This document shows positions 25,731 through 40,160 of a stretch of 64,000 nucleotides of DNA, piece after piece. The stretch lies in NCBI RefSeq assembly GCF_009914755.1, contig NC_060928.1; one strand, given 5' to 3'. The stretch is from the human T2T-CHM13v2.0 reference genome, Homo sapiens. Both the position numbers and the translations under genes were made by a program. The notes below the pieces were generated by a model that saw only the letters and a program-made list of their open reading frames with translations, did not search any database and was not told the DNA's origin. Every line of letters starts with the position of its first letter. Within the stretch, counting starts at the first letter, position 1.

Positions 25731-26351
25731 TGAAGGGGTCTCGAGTATGACACCCTAAAATATGCCTTTCTGGCATAAGGATTATTTTGAGCTGAAGACA
25801 AGTAAGAATAAACAGATTTGGGAAAAGTTCTCCGTTCTCCAGTTATCTGCCGAAAAGTAGTACATAAATTTTCCTTTTTGAAGATGACATAAATGCCCCC
25901 TTTCCCTCCATTCCAGGATGAGGAAAGTGACCCTTAGCACAGACAAACAGCTGGCGCTGGAATGAGACTGTATATGCAGACTTAACTAAAATAACCTTAC
26001 TAAAATAACATTATCTGTTATGATTAGATAATAATATTAGTTTCCCCATGTTTTTTGGTCACTTTCCCAAACTTCATTGGCGCTAGAAGCTCAAATCCCC
26101 TTTCCATTGTCTAGTCACTCCTCCACAATTTATCACCATTCATTAAAACGGTATAGAAAATCCCAAGTCTAACTGCTTTTTAAGATTTTCACATCCTTAC
26201 TTTGAAGCCCTTATGCACACAAAATTTAAAATATTAATAAAATTAATATGCCTTTTCTCCTGTTACTCTGTCTTTTGTCAGTTTAATTTGTAGTTTAACT
26301 TCTAAACCTAAGAGGTAGAAGAAAAGTTCTTTTTTTTTCCTCTCCACTATA
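25731..26351 (+). mobile_element. Solo ERV1 LTR (MER34/MER39 group)
   Basis: TGAAGGGGTCTC..ACCCTAAAATATGCC..TGGCATAAGGATTATTTTGAGCTGAAG start; AATAAA and the aacctaagaggtagaagaaaag..ttcctctccactat end. Confidence 0.8.
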
Positions 26352-26739
26352 GTTCAATAAGCAATTTGAAAGCAGTGTTAAATCAGAAAAAAAATCTATT
26401 TATACCCACAAATACACAGAACTTCCAAATGTTTATAATTGTTGAATTGCTAAATGACTACAAATTTATGAAATAAATAAGAAAAAAATTCTAGAAATTG
26501 GCAAAAAGAGCAAAAGTAAAATGACAATTGATATAACAGACAAAATCAGCAGTTCACATTTTTCTTCATGTAAAAATTCACTTATTGAATCTTTCAATTT
26601 CAGAGTAACTACCAAGCCCTGATCTAGGCGCTATGGATATGACAGTTTATAACCTAAACAAGGAGAAAGGAAAATATATACTTCTCTTTCACCTCACTGT
26701 ATTTTTATCTCCAGAGGTAGATGCTTCTTACACCCTTCT

Positions 26740-26890
26740 CTTCATTCACTAAACAAATAATGTTAAGAGTACCTACTGCCTGCCAGGCAAGGTTCTAGAT
26801 CCTGAAGATAAAGCAGTAGGAGAAAATAAATAAACCTCCAATAACAACAACTAAAATTTCAGGCTTCATGTATCTTACATTCCAGTGACT
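26740..26890 (-). mobile_element. L2 3' end
   Basis: ttcattcactaaacaaata..gagtacctactgcctgccaggca..gttctag. Confidence 0.7.
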
Positions 26891-29800
26891 TAATAAAACA
26901 ACGCTCGTGATCACAACAGTGTTTAAATTTATTCAATCAGATTTCATTGTGAGGCTTCATTCTCTCTATAATCAATGCAGGCAAATAGTTTAAAGAAAAT
27001 TCATAATATACATGTTCCTGTATTTATATATAATTGCTTGTAAATATGCCAGGATCAATTTTTTTAATTTTTGAAACCATTATTGACCATATAAGTTGTG
27101 ATTGTGGAGTTTTAATATTTTTGTTTCTTACTGAATGGTCTGTTGGCAAAGGCAGGTCTCCCCTTTGAGACTGACGCATGGGGCAGAAATTAACCAGGAT
27201 TTCTGAGTGGTTTCATTTTCAAGGTCACAATATAAATTTATCAAACACAATTCAAATGGTGTATGACAATGAAAAGAGGGCATCCTCTGTCTCTCTTCCA
27301 GAGCCAGTCTTAATTTTGTGATACTATTCTGGACAGAGAAAGGTCCTTCTTAATTTAGCTAAAATCTGAGCCTGAATATCCACTCTACCTTATAGAAAAA
27401 AAAAAAAAAACAAAAAACCCTCGTTTTCTTTGAAAGACTTCATTGCACAAGGGATCAAGTTAAGTCTTTCCTAAACTCACAGATACAATCAGCCTCCAAT
27501 ATGCTCCACATACACAAACTCTGAGCCATTTCAAGCATAAATTTTAGAAGTAAAGAAAGTTCCAGTGAATGCCTAAATAGATAGGAAAAAAGAGTATTCT
27601 TCTTCCAAGAACACTTTTCTGATTCAAACTTTCTTCCCCAAAATTAGGGCAGTGACAACCATTAGTCATATTAGCTTATTTGGGATATAAACTGTTTTAA
27701 TATGTACACTAAAACAAAACAAAATGTGTCCTCTTTATAGCATAAGACACAATATATTTAGGCAAAGGAATGCATCTGCTGGATTTTAAAATACTAGTGT
27801 TTCAAATAATCAAAACTGTATTTCTAGACCTTTTGCTACATACCTGATTCTACCAATATCCTCTTTGTGCTTAAAGAAGTCATGAAACAGTCAGAAACAA
27901 AGAATTTCAAGTCACAAACTAATGATGGAATTAACCTAAATTATAGATTAGCTATTACACACTGGCATTCAATGATACTGCCAAGTTTCTTCAAAATGTA
28001 ATACTTATTTGTTGTTATTAAACCGCTGGGGTAAATGGCAACATTTATCACTACGTAGAAAATCAAACAGAAATCATTAAGAACATTTTAATGAAAGTGT
28101 GGAGTTTTTTTGTTACTCACTGAAATTATTGGCAGCACTGAAACAAAATCTATTAATGTTTTAAGATATGAACTATGCTTTAACCTGGTATCTACTGCAG
28201 TACAAAGAGCTAAGTCACACACAAAACGTGAAAATCAATTTTGGCAACTAGACTAAAATGTAAATACCACAGGCCAATTCTCCCCAATGCCTAAGATATT
28301 TCCTGATAAATGAGATTCCTAGCACTAAACATTTAACAAATTGATCTACTAATGGACTGCAAAAGCCAGTAACCTTCCTCAACCTTCTAGTAACACCAAG
28401 TAAATTTCCTTGGTATTGTTTACTAATCTGTACAGGATTTAAACACCCTAAGTAATCTGTTTTTATTTTTCCAGCACCAAAATTAGACATAAACAGATCA
28501 GTGAAAAATTTGTGATCATTTTCAAATTTGGGGCATAAAAAACACTGAATAACTAGTCTGAAAGAATATGATACAGAAAAGTTTGTTTTCTCTTTCATCT
28601 AGGTTTAAGACAATTATTTACAAATAAAACATAATGAATTTTGTCTTTTTATGAAAACACCAAGGGAAATCTTAATAAAATGTTTGGAGTACCAACAAAA
28701 AGCCTAAGCACAATGTTTAAATAACTGAACTCAAGAAATAAAATGACTTCTTAAATATCTTGGATTCTATCCCTTAAGTAAAAGGATTTACATAGTCAAG
28801 CTTCATTTGCTTACTTGGGAGTTACTCTTCCAAAATGTCTTTTATCCTGTAAACGAGAAAGCCTCCCTTCTTGCACAAAACATTCCTCATTTTCCAGTCA
28901 CCAATTGTTTTGAAAAACTTTCCCTTGACAGAGATATAGGACCACCTCTCAAAGAGCCAAATCAAACAGCCAACTTACTAAAGACACCTAGCAATCTGGT
29001 TACTGTCCAAGTTGTTTTCTAGACTAAAGTCAACTAATGGTAAAGGGATCAGAAGGAGTCTGAGATTCTAAAAAGGTTCATTAAGAACGTATTCACATTC
29101 AGCAAATGTGATATGCTATTTGGTTTTTCTATTATCTTTCTCATTTATATTGCTGTACAAGTGCATGACGATGTTACTATAATTTAAGTTACTAGATATC
29201 TTTGTCTTGAAAAAGTAGAGAAAAAAAGATGTACTCTCAATAGTGGTTCTGAAACTTCATTGTTCTTAAAATTTTACCGGACGATAAATACTTTAGAATG
29301 ATAATACTTTCAAAGTTTCTATAAAAAGACATAAAACATGACTTCTTACCAACAGTATGTGTGTCTGTTTTTGACCAAAGTGGTGAAACCCAGGTTCTCT
29401 AAGAGCATAAGACGTAAGATACGAACATTGAGCTTTACCCATCTAAGAAGCAGTCTATGTTCACTATCAATAATCAATACCCCCAACTCACCCCAGCTCA
29501 GAAACTAAGAATACCAGGACACAATGGCCTGGATACATTACATATGAAAGCACAAAACCATTCTCTATCCTCACTAAATGCCATTCCTTCTCATTCTGGC
29601 TGACTTCAAATATGAATATAAATTAAGACAATTCACTCTGCCTCATATAGAGAAACAAAATGAACATGAAAATAAATAGTCTGGTCTCTAGGGGTACTGA
29701 ACATTTCTATTGCCTTAAATTTACTGGGAAACATAGGCATAACCTTGTGCAGTCTGGGCACCATACTTACGTAAATAGCAGAGGGTTATGGTTTCAATTT

Positions 29801-31004
29801 GGTTGTGACACCATAAATATTGGCATACCGAACATGTGCTTACTGTCATGAATTTTGAACTCTCTCTCCAGGGTCTGCTTCTGTTTTGTCCACATGCCAG
29901 AACTAAGGACTATTTAGTTCTGCCCATAATCTCATAGGATCAGAGCTGAGAAAATCAACTTTATTTCCAAGGGAAAAAAAACTATATTCTTTGAGTGACT
30001 TTTTAAAAGACTGACTTTTTCAAGATTTTTGCCTTCTCTGGGATAAATCACAGTTGTCAATCTCAAAACCTCAAAGCAAAAGAGAAAAACAAACTAAAAA
30101 TAAGAAAGCACATGAGTTATATCTTATGTTAACTAGAAAGAGCAAAAGGGGAAATAATTCAAAACAAAAAATACGTCAAAGTTACTGAAAATGAACTTGC
30201 GATGGTCATGCTCTTCTCTATAATAAATTGATTGCAATAAAACTTTATCCTAAAGTTCCCTGTTTAAAAATAAGTTTCCTGGAAATGATACATTTTTTTT
30301 TCTTATTGAGGAAATAACATTCTAAGCAGTCATCATTATAATTTTGCCAATCATGTTCTTTGTGCATTCATTTTACTCAGTCTAAGCAAAAAGATTGAGG
30401 CTCTCCAGTTAGCCCCTTGTAGTTCCTTAAAATGAAGCCAGACGTTAGGCGCATCCCCCAGCTGTGAAATAAGGCATATGACTCGTTTAGAACCCATCAA
30501 TGATGATTTATGACACCAGATGCCAAGACTGCAGCAGAACAAGCTGTGTTGGGTCTAAGTGGGCTGTTTTCACTTCACTTAAAAGATCTGCCATCCAGTG
30601 GGGCATTAGGCTAGAGATTATTCAACATTTTATTCTCTGACACTTGAAAATTATGGGAGATTAAAACACATATATAATTAGAATCCAAGGTAGAAAGTGG
30701 TCAATTCTGCACTATTCTGAGAGTTTAGAGAAGAGAGACATATTAGACTGAAGGCAAGAGGGAAGGCTTTATGGGGCGGAGAGGGGACCAGTCAGACAGG
30801 GCCTTAAATCCACGTTGGCTTTGAACACGCAGCATGAAGGAGAGATGATGGTTCCCTTCCATTCCACACCCCAGGCACTAACTCACTTGGCTATTTTTCC
30901 ACTGTCTGGCATCTGAACGGCTGCAAATGCCTTCAAAATGCTGTCCCAGCCTCTAGCTTCTCTGTCCTTTACAATCATCCTGAAGTACCTTTATTTTGGA
31001 AAGA

Positions 31005-31212
31005 AAACAATTATATATTTGAAACTTGTTTAGAGAGTAGGTCTTAAATGTTTTCACCACGAAAAAAAAAGATAACTACGTGAGGTGATGGATAAATTAA
31101 TTAGCTGGATTGTGGTAATCCTTTTGCAATGTATACATATATCAAAACATTCCATTTTATTTGGTAAACATTCAGTTTTTAATTGTCAGCTATACTCAAA
31201 GCTGGGAAAAAC
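31005..31212 (+). mobile_element. Old L1 3'UTR end (L1MA/L1MB-like)
   Basis: gagagtaggtcttaaatgttttcaccac..gtgaggtgatggat..gattgtggtaatc..aatgtatacatatatcaaaacat. Confidence 0.8.
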
Positions 31213-31967
31213 CCTATTTGCTGATAAAATAATAATACGAAAAATGTAAAATGCATTTAAAAAACAAAAATCAAACCTGATTAATTTATGAATATTTAAT
31301 GATCTGTTATAGGTGTAAGAATACAAGCATAAACAAAAAGACACACCCTTATTATTAGGAATTGGCGCAGAAGGCTATAATCATTACCCATCAGCCAAGG
31401 TCCTTCAGTGGTGCCCAAGCATCTCATGAGTTTGCATCTAAACATGCTCTTAGTATGTCTGACACAGCCCTCAAAATTAATGAATAATTTTTCAATCTTA
31501 CTTCTCACCAAAAGTAGTTCATTTTTGAATAGGCTTTGTACTCTCTCACAAGTCCGCACCATCTGCTTAGAACTCTCTCTTCCTTTTCCGGTGAATTATT
31601 TGTCCTTCAAGACCCTACTCAGTGATAACCCCATGAGAAGCCCTTCCTGACCCAAAAGTAGAACATCCCTGAGTCCTTGGGCATTCTAAGCATATGTCTA
31701 GTGTAATACAAACAACACTGATTATGAACATCAAGCACACAAAGGACATTTTGTTTACCTGTTTTCAGGATGTGACACAGTAATCACCACAACACGCACT
31801 TTTGTGTATTGGATTAAATTAATTTATTGTTTGAAAGAGTTGGCAGAGCAATACATGGAGTTAGGAAAGTACAGATCTCTGGGGTGAGCAGAGGTCAGTT
31901 TTGTGTAATTTTTGTATTAGAAGACTGGGGTGACAGCACAGTAGCCATGGAGAACAACAATGTAGAC

Positions 31968-32128
31968 TTTCCTTACTCAAAGTTTGGTCCTCAGTCCGAT
32001 GGCATTAGCATCACCTGTGAGGTGGTTAAAATGCAAACTTTTAGGTCCCACTCAAGACCTACTAAAATAGAATCTGAATTTTAATAAGGTGATTTGTATG
32101 TATATTACAGTTTATGAAGCACCAATCC
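31968..32128. mobile_element. MER5-type MITE
   Basis: tactcaaagtttggtcc..gcattagcatcacctg..aaatgcaaa..agacctact..agaatctgaattttaa. Confidence 0.8.
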
Positions 32129-35100
32129 AAGCTTGACTAGAGTAGACACAACCAGAACTCTATTATAAGAAGATTATCTGACATTAACCTCCTGCAAATG
32201 ATCGATTGTGGGTGACACGGCATTGGAAAAGCCTGAGTCATAGAAGGAAGAATAAGAACACTTTGCCACAGTTTAGGTCATAGGTAACCAGCACCTGGTT
32301 TGGGATGACAGTGAGAATGAGGAAATTTAAAAATGTAAAGATAATTATTTTACCTAAAAATAGCAATGTTAATATGTACTTATTAGCTTGACAATAATTC
32401 CATGCTTACTTAACATACTATATTATATATTTTGAAATATTGTGAAGGAATAATATTTAAGCAGGACAAAATCTATTAGTTTTAAGTTGCTTTCTCAGAC
32501 TTGGAGTGCTAAGAGCAGCCCAGATTATGAGACATAGTAAGTCCTCTAAATATACACGTTAATTGGATGTTCCAATGGAACTGAGGTTTCCACAAGATAG
32601 GTACCAGGACATCAAAGTGGCAATAAGACAGATTTTCAAGAAAAATGGCGAGAAGCTGTTCTGTGAATGCTGAATCCCTCGCTTGGTCAAAAATTATCTC
32701 AAGGATCACTTCCTCCAAAACTTAGTACCTACTTCCCTACCAAATAAGCTCAGTTCTTATTGTGATTATTTGGTATGCGGCTTAATGCTCTACAGTTATT
32801 TCACCTGTGTTCCAATATCAACGGTAGGAGAACTTTCTAAAAATAGAAGGCTTATCTCTTGCTACACATTTAATCTTTTCCTCTCCTCTGGCTCTCCCCC
32901 AAACCTCCAAAACAAGCAAAGAAACAAAACATGTTTCCTTCCATCCTGGAACCACTATCTCCTTCTCTCTTAAAAACGTGATGTCTCACTTCCTCACTTT
33001 ACTCCATGTCCATTCTTCTACACCACTTATTACACTGAAGATTTTTTCTTTGTGTCAACCTGGAAAAATCATAGGCTACTCATTGGTCTTCATTTTTTTC
33101 AGTCTCTGCTGTATTTTATCATCTGGGCCAATTTCTGTGATTTTTCTCTCTCTCCTTCCTTGGCATCCTTCACTCCCCACCTTGTGATAGCACTGACTTT
33201 TTTTCCTTCATGGCTTCCTCTTCAGGGGATTTCTTCCTGTGAGATTTCCTTTTCCTTCTGACTTTATTCTTCACTGTTCAGCAACCTTCATTCTGTTTCT
33301 GTCTTGTATGTGCCATCAGGAATCAGATTTAATTCATAATTTGGCTGCCTGCATAGCTGGGATGGGCGGGTGGATAAAGGAGCTCACAATAAAGCATGAA
33401 GAATCACTCTTCTATTTACTCAAGCCCAAGTCATACATCAATGTTCCTCCCTTTGTGCCTCCCATTTCCAATGACCTTCCCACTGAACCTGCTTCTGAGG
33501 TCTGCCTCAAAACAAACTGCATTTTAGACTGCATGAATTTCCCACACTTCCTTACTGCGCATATCTACTCACCAGGTTTCCAGCTGCCAAAATCCTATCC
33601 CACCTTTGATTCTGCACGTGCAAATGATGCTCATCTTTCCTGGCCCCTTTGTTCAAAAAATATATATCTCCCCTAACAACTTTTCTCAGCCTTTTCTAAT
33701 GGCTCAACTAAATAATCTTGCCTTTCTCTGAATTCCCACCAAACATGATACTATCGCTTTTTATTCTCTAATATACCTAACTGCATGTCTTCTCTCTCCC
33801 TTTGGCTATAAACTACTTGAAGGCAGAGACTAAGCCTAATTTCTCTTTGCATTTTCCACAATGCCTCAGCTTCAGACAGGTACCTAAGGCATAGAAGTGT
33901 GAGTTGTTTTCAAGATCACAGAAAATCCAGTTTAAATGCAGGTCTTAGGTTTATTCACAGACTTAAGGCCATCAAGTTACTCATTTAAAAAAAAAAAAAG
34001 GAACTAGCAAGTCACACATTACACAGAAACTATAATATCCACCATTGTCTGTTGTTTTTTAAGACTGTGAAGCTGAAGCAGTTATTTCTGCTGCCAAACT
34101 TCCAGCAGTAACACTTAAAAGTTGCCAGTGTGGTATGATGCCATCAGTTTTCAAAACTTAGAAAGGCTCATTGATTTTTACTAAGGATTTCTTACACAAT
34201 CACTTCCTTTAAGGCCAAATGAGCCAACCATGTTTGACAGAAGTTACAGAATGAATAAATGTTATGGTATCAACATAAAAATTATTTCGTTTCCTGTGCT
34301 TACTTCAATTTCCAAGTTTATTTCTAGCTCCCATTGCCACTAGTCATCACCATTAATGCGCAGCACAACATATTTTTATACATCCACCCACCCAACTCCC
34401 CTTTACTGAACCATTTTGGCACAATCATCATACCCAATTTCAGAGAAGGTAAATTAATATCCTAATGCAATAAAGTGGCTCTGCTAAAAGCAAGATAACT
34501 TGGATAGGACTTATTGCCCACTTCTCAAGTAAGACAAATGAATCTCACACTAGGGTGGTTATAATAGCAGTTTTATTACAAGACTGGCAGAGTGACAGTA
34601 ACTATAAATCCTAACTGTTGTTAGATTTTTTACTTTACATAGTTGTAGTTATGAGTCTACTCTTGTAAGCCAGAACAATTATTTTACAATTAGTTTAGAC
34701 ATGTCTGAGCCCAGAAGGAAAATTTCTATTTCAATCATCTTATTTTCCTTGAAAAGAACCTAATGATACCAGAAATCAGATCAATTCAATCTTCATACCT
34801 GAGTTTCTAGCCATTTTTCAAAGTTGAAAAGCTTTATAAATGCAATTGCCCAGAATTTTAGGTATGCTTTCCAAGTGCAATACAAAATAGCAATAATGGA
34901 TTTCCACGCACTAAACGAAAACAAACAAATAAACAAAAAATAAGCTTGCAACCTCATTCTCAAGGTAGAACATGGTCACCATCCTATAAAACATAATACA
35001 CACCCCTAAATTTGGACTGCAAATCTATCACTTAAACATCTAGTAAATGACCCAATTTGTTTACATGGCCCTGTAGCTTTTTATGGCCTTTCCATAAAGA

Positions 35101-35956
35101 AGTTATTACATCCATTCCCTTTATTTTGTTTAAGAGTGTTTGAATGAGCCCCAGAACCACAGGCTAGTTAAACAAGCCTTCCTTAGATGGACGTGGTCTC
35201 ATATAATTCACCACTACCGGGGAAATTTTCAGAACAATGTTTGTAGTTTTGAAACACCACACATTCCTACATACCAAAAGTATTTCCAGTGCTTTATGCA
35301 GTTTTAAATGTTCGGCAGATACATTAAATAAGTCCTATTTTTCCATTTTTCCAAGTAAACTTGTGGCATTTACACTTCTTCCAGAAGATTTGCACCTCTG
35401 AGTTTTTGCTACGGTAGGTTGGCCACTTAGAAATGACTGCAAACAAAGATTGCAAGGGAAATGTAAAATCCAGACACCCTAATTGATTTCCTAGGATGTA
35501 AATGTTAGTTCTAAAAGGAAACCATTTTAAAGCTGTTAGTTTAATGGGGTGCCCAACCGATGCCTATTCAAAGTTATCAGTACAGATTAAAGATAAATTT
35601 TTCACCGTGAAGCAAAAACTTCTTTAAAATAAGAATAGAGATGACTTAATCACTAATTTTTTCTTCGTTATCATGGCTTAAAACCTCAAGACTGCTAATA
35701 TTCTCAAGAAAACACAGATTAAAAACCACTTTTTAAAGGGTTAGTATTTATCAATTAGGTATCTCGACTCAGCATCTCTCAGTAGCCTAGCCAGATTGTG
35801 ACCTGGGAAATTGCCTGCTATTTTCAGATTGCTGCTTTTGAAATAGACAGTTTTGACCATAGTGACTAACACAATGCAAAGATACAGTTGAAGCCATTTG
35901 ATATATATATAACTGTTATATATATATATATATATATAAAACTATAAATTTGGAAT

Positions 35957-36244
35957 ATCTCTACAACTATGCATTTTGTTACTGACTTTACTTTTATTTC
36001 TAAACAAAAGTACATTATTTCTGGAGCTCTACATGAAAATGTATTGCCTCTACAATACAAGAGACTAGACCTCATGGCATACTAGTGTTCTTATAACTTT
36101 AGATGCAGACATATATACACACACACGTGTGTGTGTGTATATCTATATATGTGTGTGTTCTTTTTCATTTATAGCTCCAGAAATAGTGAACTTTTGTTTA
36201 GAAATAAAAGTAAAGTCAATAATAAAATGCATAGTTGTAGAGAT
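35957..36244. repeat. Inverted repeat: 83-bp arms (35957-36039 and 36162-36244), 6 mismatches, 122-bp spacer
   Basis: Direct hand alignment of the left arm to the reverse complement of the right arm. Confidence 0.95.
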
Positions 36245-38149
36245 GTCACTGCCTATTGAAAACAAAGAATCCCCTGATGCCTTTTATTATCTACAAAATT
36301 AACGCATTTCCAGCAGAGATCTGTCTCTAGGACACCCCATCTCAGGCTATGGATGTACAGATCTATATTTTTCATACCAGCATTATCCAACTTTTTCCCT
36401 TGTTTTTAGTGTATTCACAAAACCACCAACTACTATAAGAAATTCATCTAAATTTTATCCATCCTTTTAATGGGTAATCCAAAGGCAAATCACACTCTAG
36501 TAAGAGAGAGTCTTTAGCATGCTTCCATAGAGCAATCTGAAAACACTAATCATTACTGTGTTTTTCCTATGTTCTTTACAATTTGCACCCTGCCTGACAT
36601 AAGATCTCAGGTTTAAAGTACAGTAAATTAGAAACGAACACTGCAGGTTTCCCCCTTTTCCCAGACCCAGCAAGAAATTTCCAGTAGGAGAAATGAATAC
36701 TTCTGTCTTCTAATTTGTTCACATCTTATATTTTAAGCAAATGTTTCTTCTTAGCACACTGATTTTAAATATCATCTGCTACCAAAGCAAAATAAATTAT
36801 AAAGCTTTAATGACTCTCAATTTGCATTTCTAATCACCCTAGACTATGAATATATATGGCATTATGGGAAACAAGCTGTGATTTATTCCCCAGCAGAAAA
36901 AAAGATAAATAATTATGACTACTTAAAAGACAGATGTCCTTATAAATACGCAGCAAAATAACTGCCAGAAACAACAGGAGATAAGTACCACGTAAATTCA
37001 ACTTCTGTTGTTAATGGTTTCTGATCTCTGTAGTGACTCAAAGGGCAGGTGCAACGGCCAACTGGGCATATTTAAGCACAGAAGTATATTTCTATCATGC
37101 AAACATTGAAATGCTTAAAATAGTATCCACTCATGAACAAGGATTTCCTAGAATGCAAATAGCAGAGCTTCAAAAAATGGCATGGCATCAAGATAGTACA
37201 TCCACCAAAAGAATTCAGTCATTTCAAATCCTTAAATACCACAAAATCTTTCCAGCATTTATATACACGGGACCCGAATGAATGTCAGTGGAAAAATGAT
37301 GCAGATACTCAATGAAGTGTAACCTCATAGCAATTAATTTTCCACAAACTTGAGATCTTAAAAGTGTTATAACTGTTTTCTTTGCCTGTGATGTAACAGC
37401 TTCATTACTTTAATTCAGTGTCCTGGAAGCTGCCTCCCTTTTATCCCAATTGCGGATCCTTCACCCAGCCTCATTCTGCACGCCATCCGTTTTGTGAATG
37501 AAGTGTGAAAATAGCTCTTTGTTTACATAAAGAAGGCAATATAGAGTAGTGTGGACACAGGCTCAGCTCAGGAGAGTGGAACTGAGGCTGCGCAGCCTGC
37601 CCTTCTAACCTGTTCACAACTTCCAAACATGCCTGATGACTGAAAAACATTCCAGCAACAAGTAGTTATCTGCACACACCAAAGCAGAAATCTGTCACTG
37701 CCTGCCTGCTGAGAAAGGAACTGAATAGAAAGGGTTTTGATGGAATCTTAGACATGAAGACTTTTCTTTTTGTTCTGTTTGTTAACTGTCAACCCTGCAG
37801 GAAGTACACACAGCATCAGGGCCTTTGAATGCATAGGTCTAGGACATCTTTCCACTTTTTCTAGCCTCTCCTCACTCTCAACATTCTCGATGCTTCTTGT
37901 CTCTCGCCCATGATATATGCCTCTTCATGCCTCTATTCTTTTCTTCAGGCTGTTCCCTCAGCCTAGGATCCTTCCCTCTTTTTCTCCCTCTCAGACCCGC
38001 TTCAAAACACATCACCTCCTCTGTGGGAACTTTTCTCCTTCAACTTCCCTTCCAGACAAAACCAACCACTTAGTAAATCAATAGAGGATTTTTGAAGTGA
38101 AATAAAGCACTGTGTTCCCATAGCACTTTGAGCACAAAACTAATAGACC

Positions 38150-38290
38150 ATGAAGTAAAAGGAAGGATCTGCCATCCTCTGACCGAGTTTCTCAAAGGCA
38201 GGTCTGCATCTTCTTCTCTGCATATGCGGCACCTAGGGCAAAGCTTAGCAAAGAGCAGATGCTCATACATATTTGCTGAATGAAAACAAT
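38150..38290 (+). mobile_element. L2 3' end
   Basis: gagtttctcaaaggcagg..gcacctagggcaaagcttagca..atatttgctgaatgaa. Confidence 0.7.
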
Positions 38291-38329
38291 GTTCTAATAA
38301 AACATTAGACCATTTAACTTATGAAGGAA

Positions 38330-38510
38330 GAGGCACGTGGCTCTGAGTCCTGGCTTGGAGTCAGACCAAGGTCCAAACATCTACCAGCTGTGGGACCTTA
38401 GCTAAGCTACTTAGCCAGTGAAGCCCTGGTGTTTTTCCTAATACCTCACGGAGAGTTTATACACTGCATACTATCTGCAAACATTGAGGACACATGTGGC
38501 ACCTAAGAGT
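38330..38510 (+). mobile_element. MIR remnant
   Basis: ggcttggagtcagacc..ctaccagctgtgggacctt. Confidence 0.65.
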
Positions 38511-38849
38511 CACTCCTGGAGAGTCATTATTAAGCAATGCAAAACTAGAAGCTTACTCAGAGCCCTTTAGACCCATCCAACTACCCTCTAAAATGCATCT
38601 AAATCCTGCTGCTCCCGGGTCCTTCCTGGCAGATCATGCTGGTTTATCAGCACATAGTGTATATAGTAGAAATGTAAATCCACATCCTTGCACTTACCAT
38701 TAAAATGCCTTGTTCTGTTTGAGAATGTTGATTTCCTTTAAGGAATCAGACCTCTACTTTGCCTCTGCCCCACAAACCCCAGCAACAACCCAATACATAC
38801 CTCAGTGGACTAAGAAACAACCCAACTACTAGTCTAAAGAAAAAAAGCC

Positions 38850-39160
38850 GGCTGGGCACAGTGGCTCACCTCTGTAATCCCAGCACATTGGGAGGCCGAG
38901 GTGGAAGGATCACTTGAGCCTAGGAGTTCAAGACCAGCCTGGGCAACATAGTAAGACCCCCATCTCTAAAAATAAATACAAATATTAGCAGGGAGTGGTG
39001 GCACACACCTGTAATCCCAGCTACTTGGAAGGCTGAAAAGGGAACATCACCTGAGCCTGGGGAAGTTAAGGCTGCAGTGAGCTGTGATCATACCACTGCA
39101 CTCCAGCCTGGGTGACAGTGAAACCATGTCTCAAAAATAAAACAAAACAAAACAAATACA
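38850..39160 (+). mobile_element. AluJ SINE
   Basis: Dimer with ggatcacttgagcctaggagttcaagaccagcctgggcaacatagtaagacccc and an (AAAAC)n tail. Confidence 0.93.
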
Positions 39161-40046
39161 AAAGGGAAAAAGCTAAGTACAAAAAAAAAATCACAGTCTG
39201 AAAATAAAAGAGGAATTAAGTGGAATAGCAAGAGAGCAAATTTAGTGAAGCCAGCCTGGCAAAGATAGTCTGGTGTGGAAACAGGGCAAATAACCGTCCA
39301 GGGAGGAGCCTACTCAGTCACTAGGGGATGATAAAAAGTGGCTTGAAGGTGGCACATGAATTCTAACGAGAAATCTGATGACAAATAAAATTAACAAAAC
39401 TAAATTTAAAATGCATTCCCATGAGGTAAAAGGCAAAATTAGCGAATGCTACCAAAAGTATCACTTATAACAACTTGGCTTTAATTATAAACGTAGTTAT
39501 TATAGTTCCCCTTTATAATTTTTAGCTCCCTTTGTTTTCAGATTTGGGAACTTTGCAAACCAAAGTTTAAAAAGGTAAATTAATAATATTTTAGGCAAGC
39601 CATTCAAGTTTATAGCTATGAATTTATTTTCTGACGGTCTTGACCAAAAAAAAAAAAAAAAACTTGAACTTCTGAATAGAATATCCCATAGAATATAGTG
39701 TAAATAAAAGTTAAGGTCACTCACTGAATATATTTCAAAAATAATAGGTTATACTTTCTAGCGTTCACTAAACATGCTTATTTATTCATTTTTATGGTAC
39801 TTTTATCATTGAGATGTACTGTTAAATGAAATGTTAAAATTATTACCAGAAAGTTTCCTTGTGGAACCAAGCATGCCAATGTCAGCCATATTATTCATCA
39901 CCATCACTGAATAAGCCAAAATATTAAAATAAACATCCTTCATCTATATACTTGCTTAAAGTACAGTTCTAACATAATGGTAACCATTATAAAGGTAGTA
40001 TTTCCAGTTATTTGCCAATTTGTCAGATGCCTACAGAAACAGAAGT

Positions 40047-40160
40047 TATCACTATATATATATATAGTGATATATATATAACAGTATATATATAGTGATA
40101 CTATATATACTGTATATATAGTACATATATATACAGTATATATATAGTGATATATATATA
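40047..40160. repeat. Palindromic TA-rich minisatellite
   Basis: (TA)n blocks punctuated by GTGA/TCAC and CAGT/ACTG units. Confidence 0.9.

Noticed and set aside
33239-33676. 145-aa plus-strand ORF
   Set aside because: No ATG at the listed start, no recognisable homology, and it lies in CT-rich, probably L2-derived sequence.
15018-37040. Scattered single AP-1 heptamers (about 15018, 22705, 25364, 32234, 37034)
   Set aside because: Isolated 7-mers occur by chance at this frequency, with no clustering.
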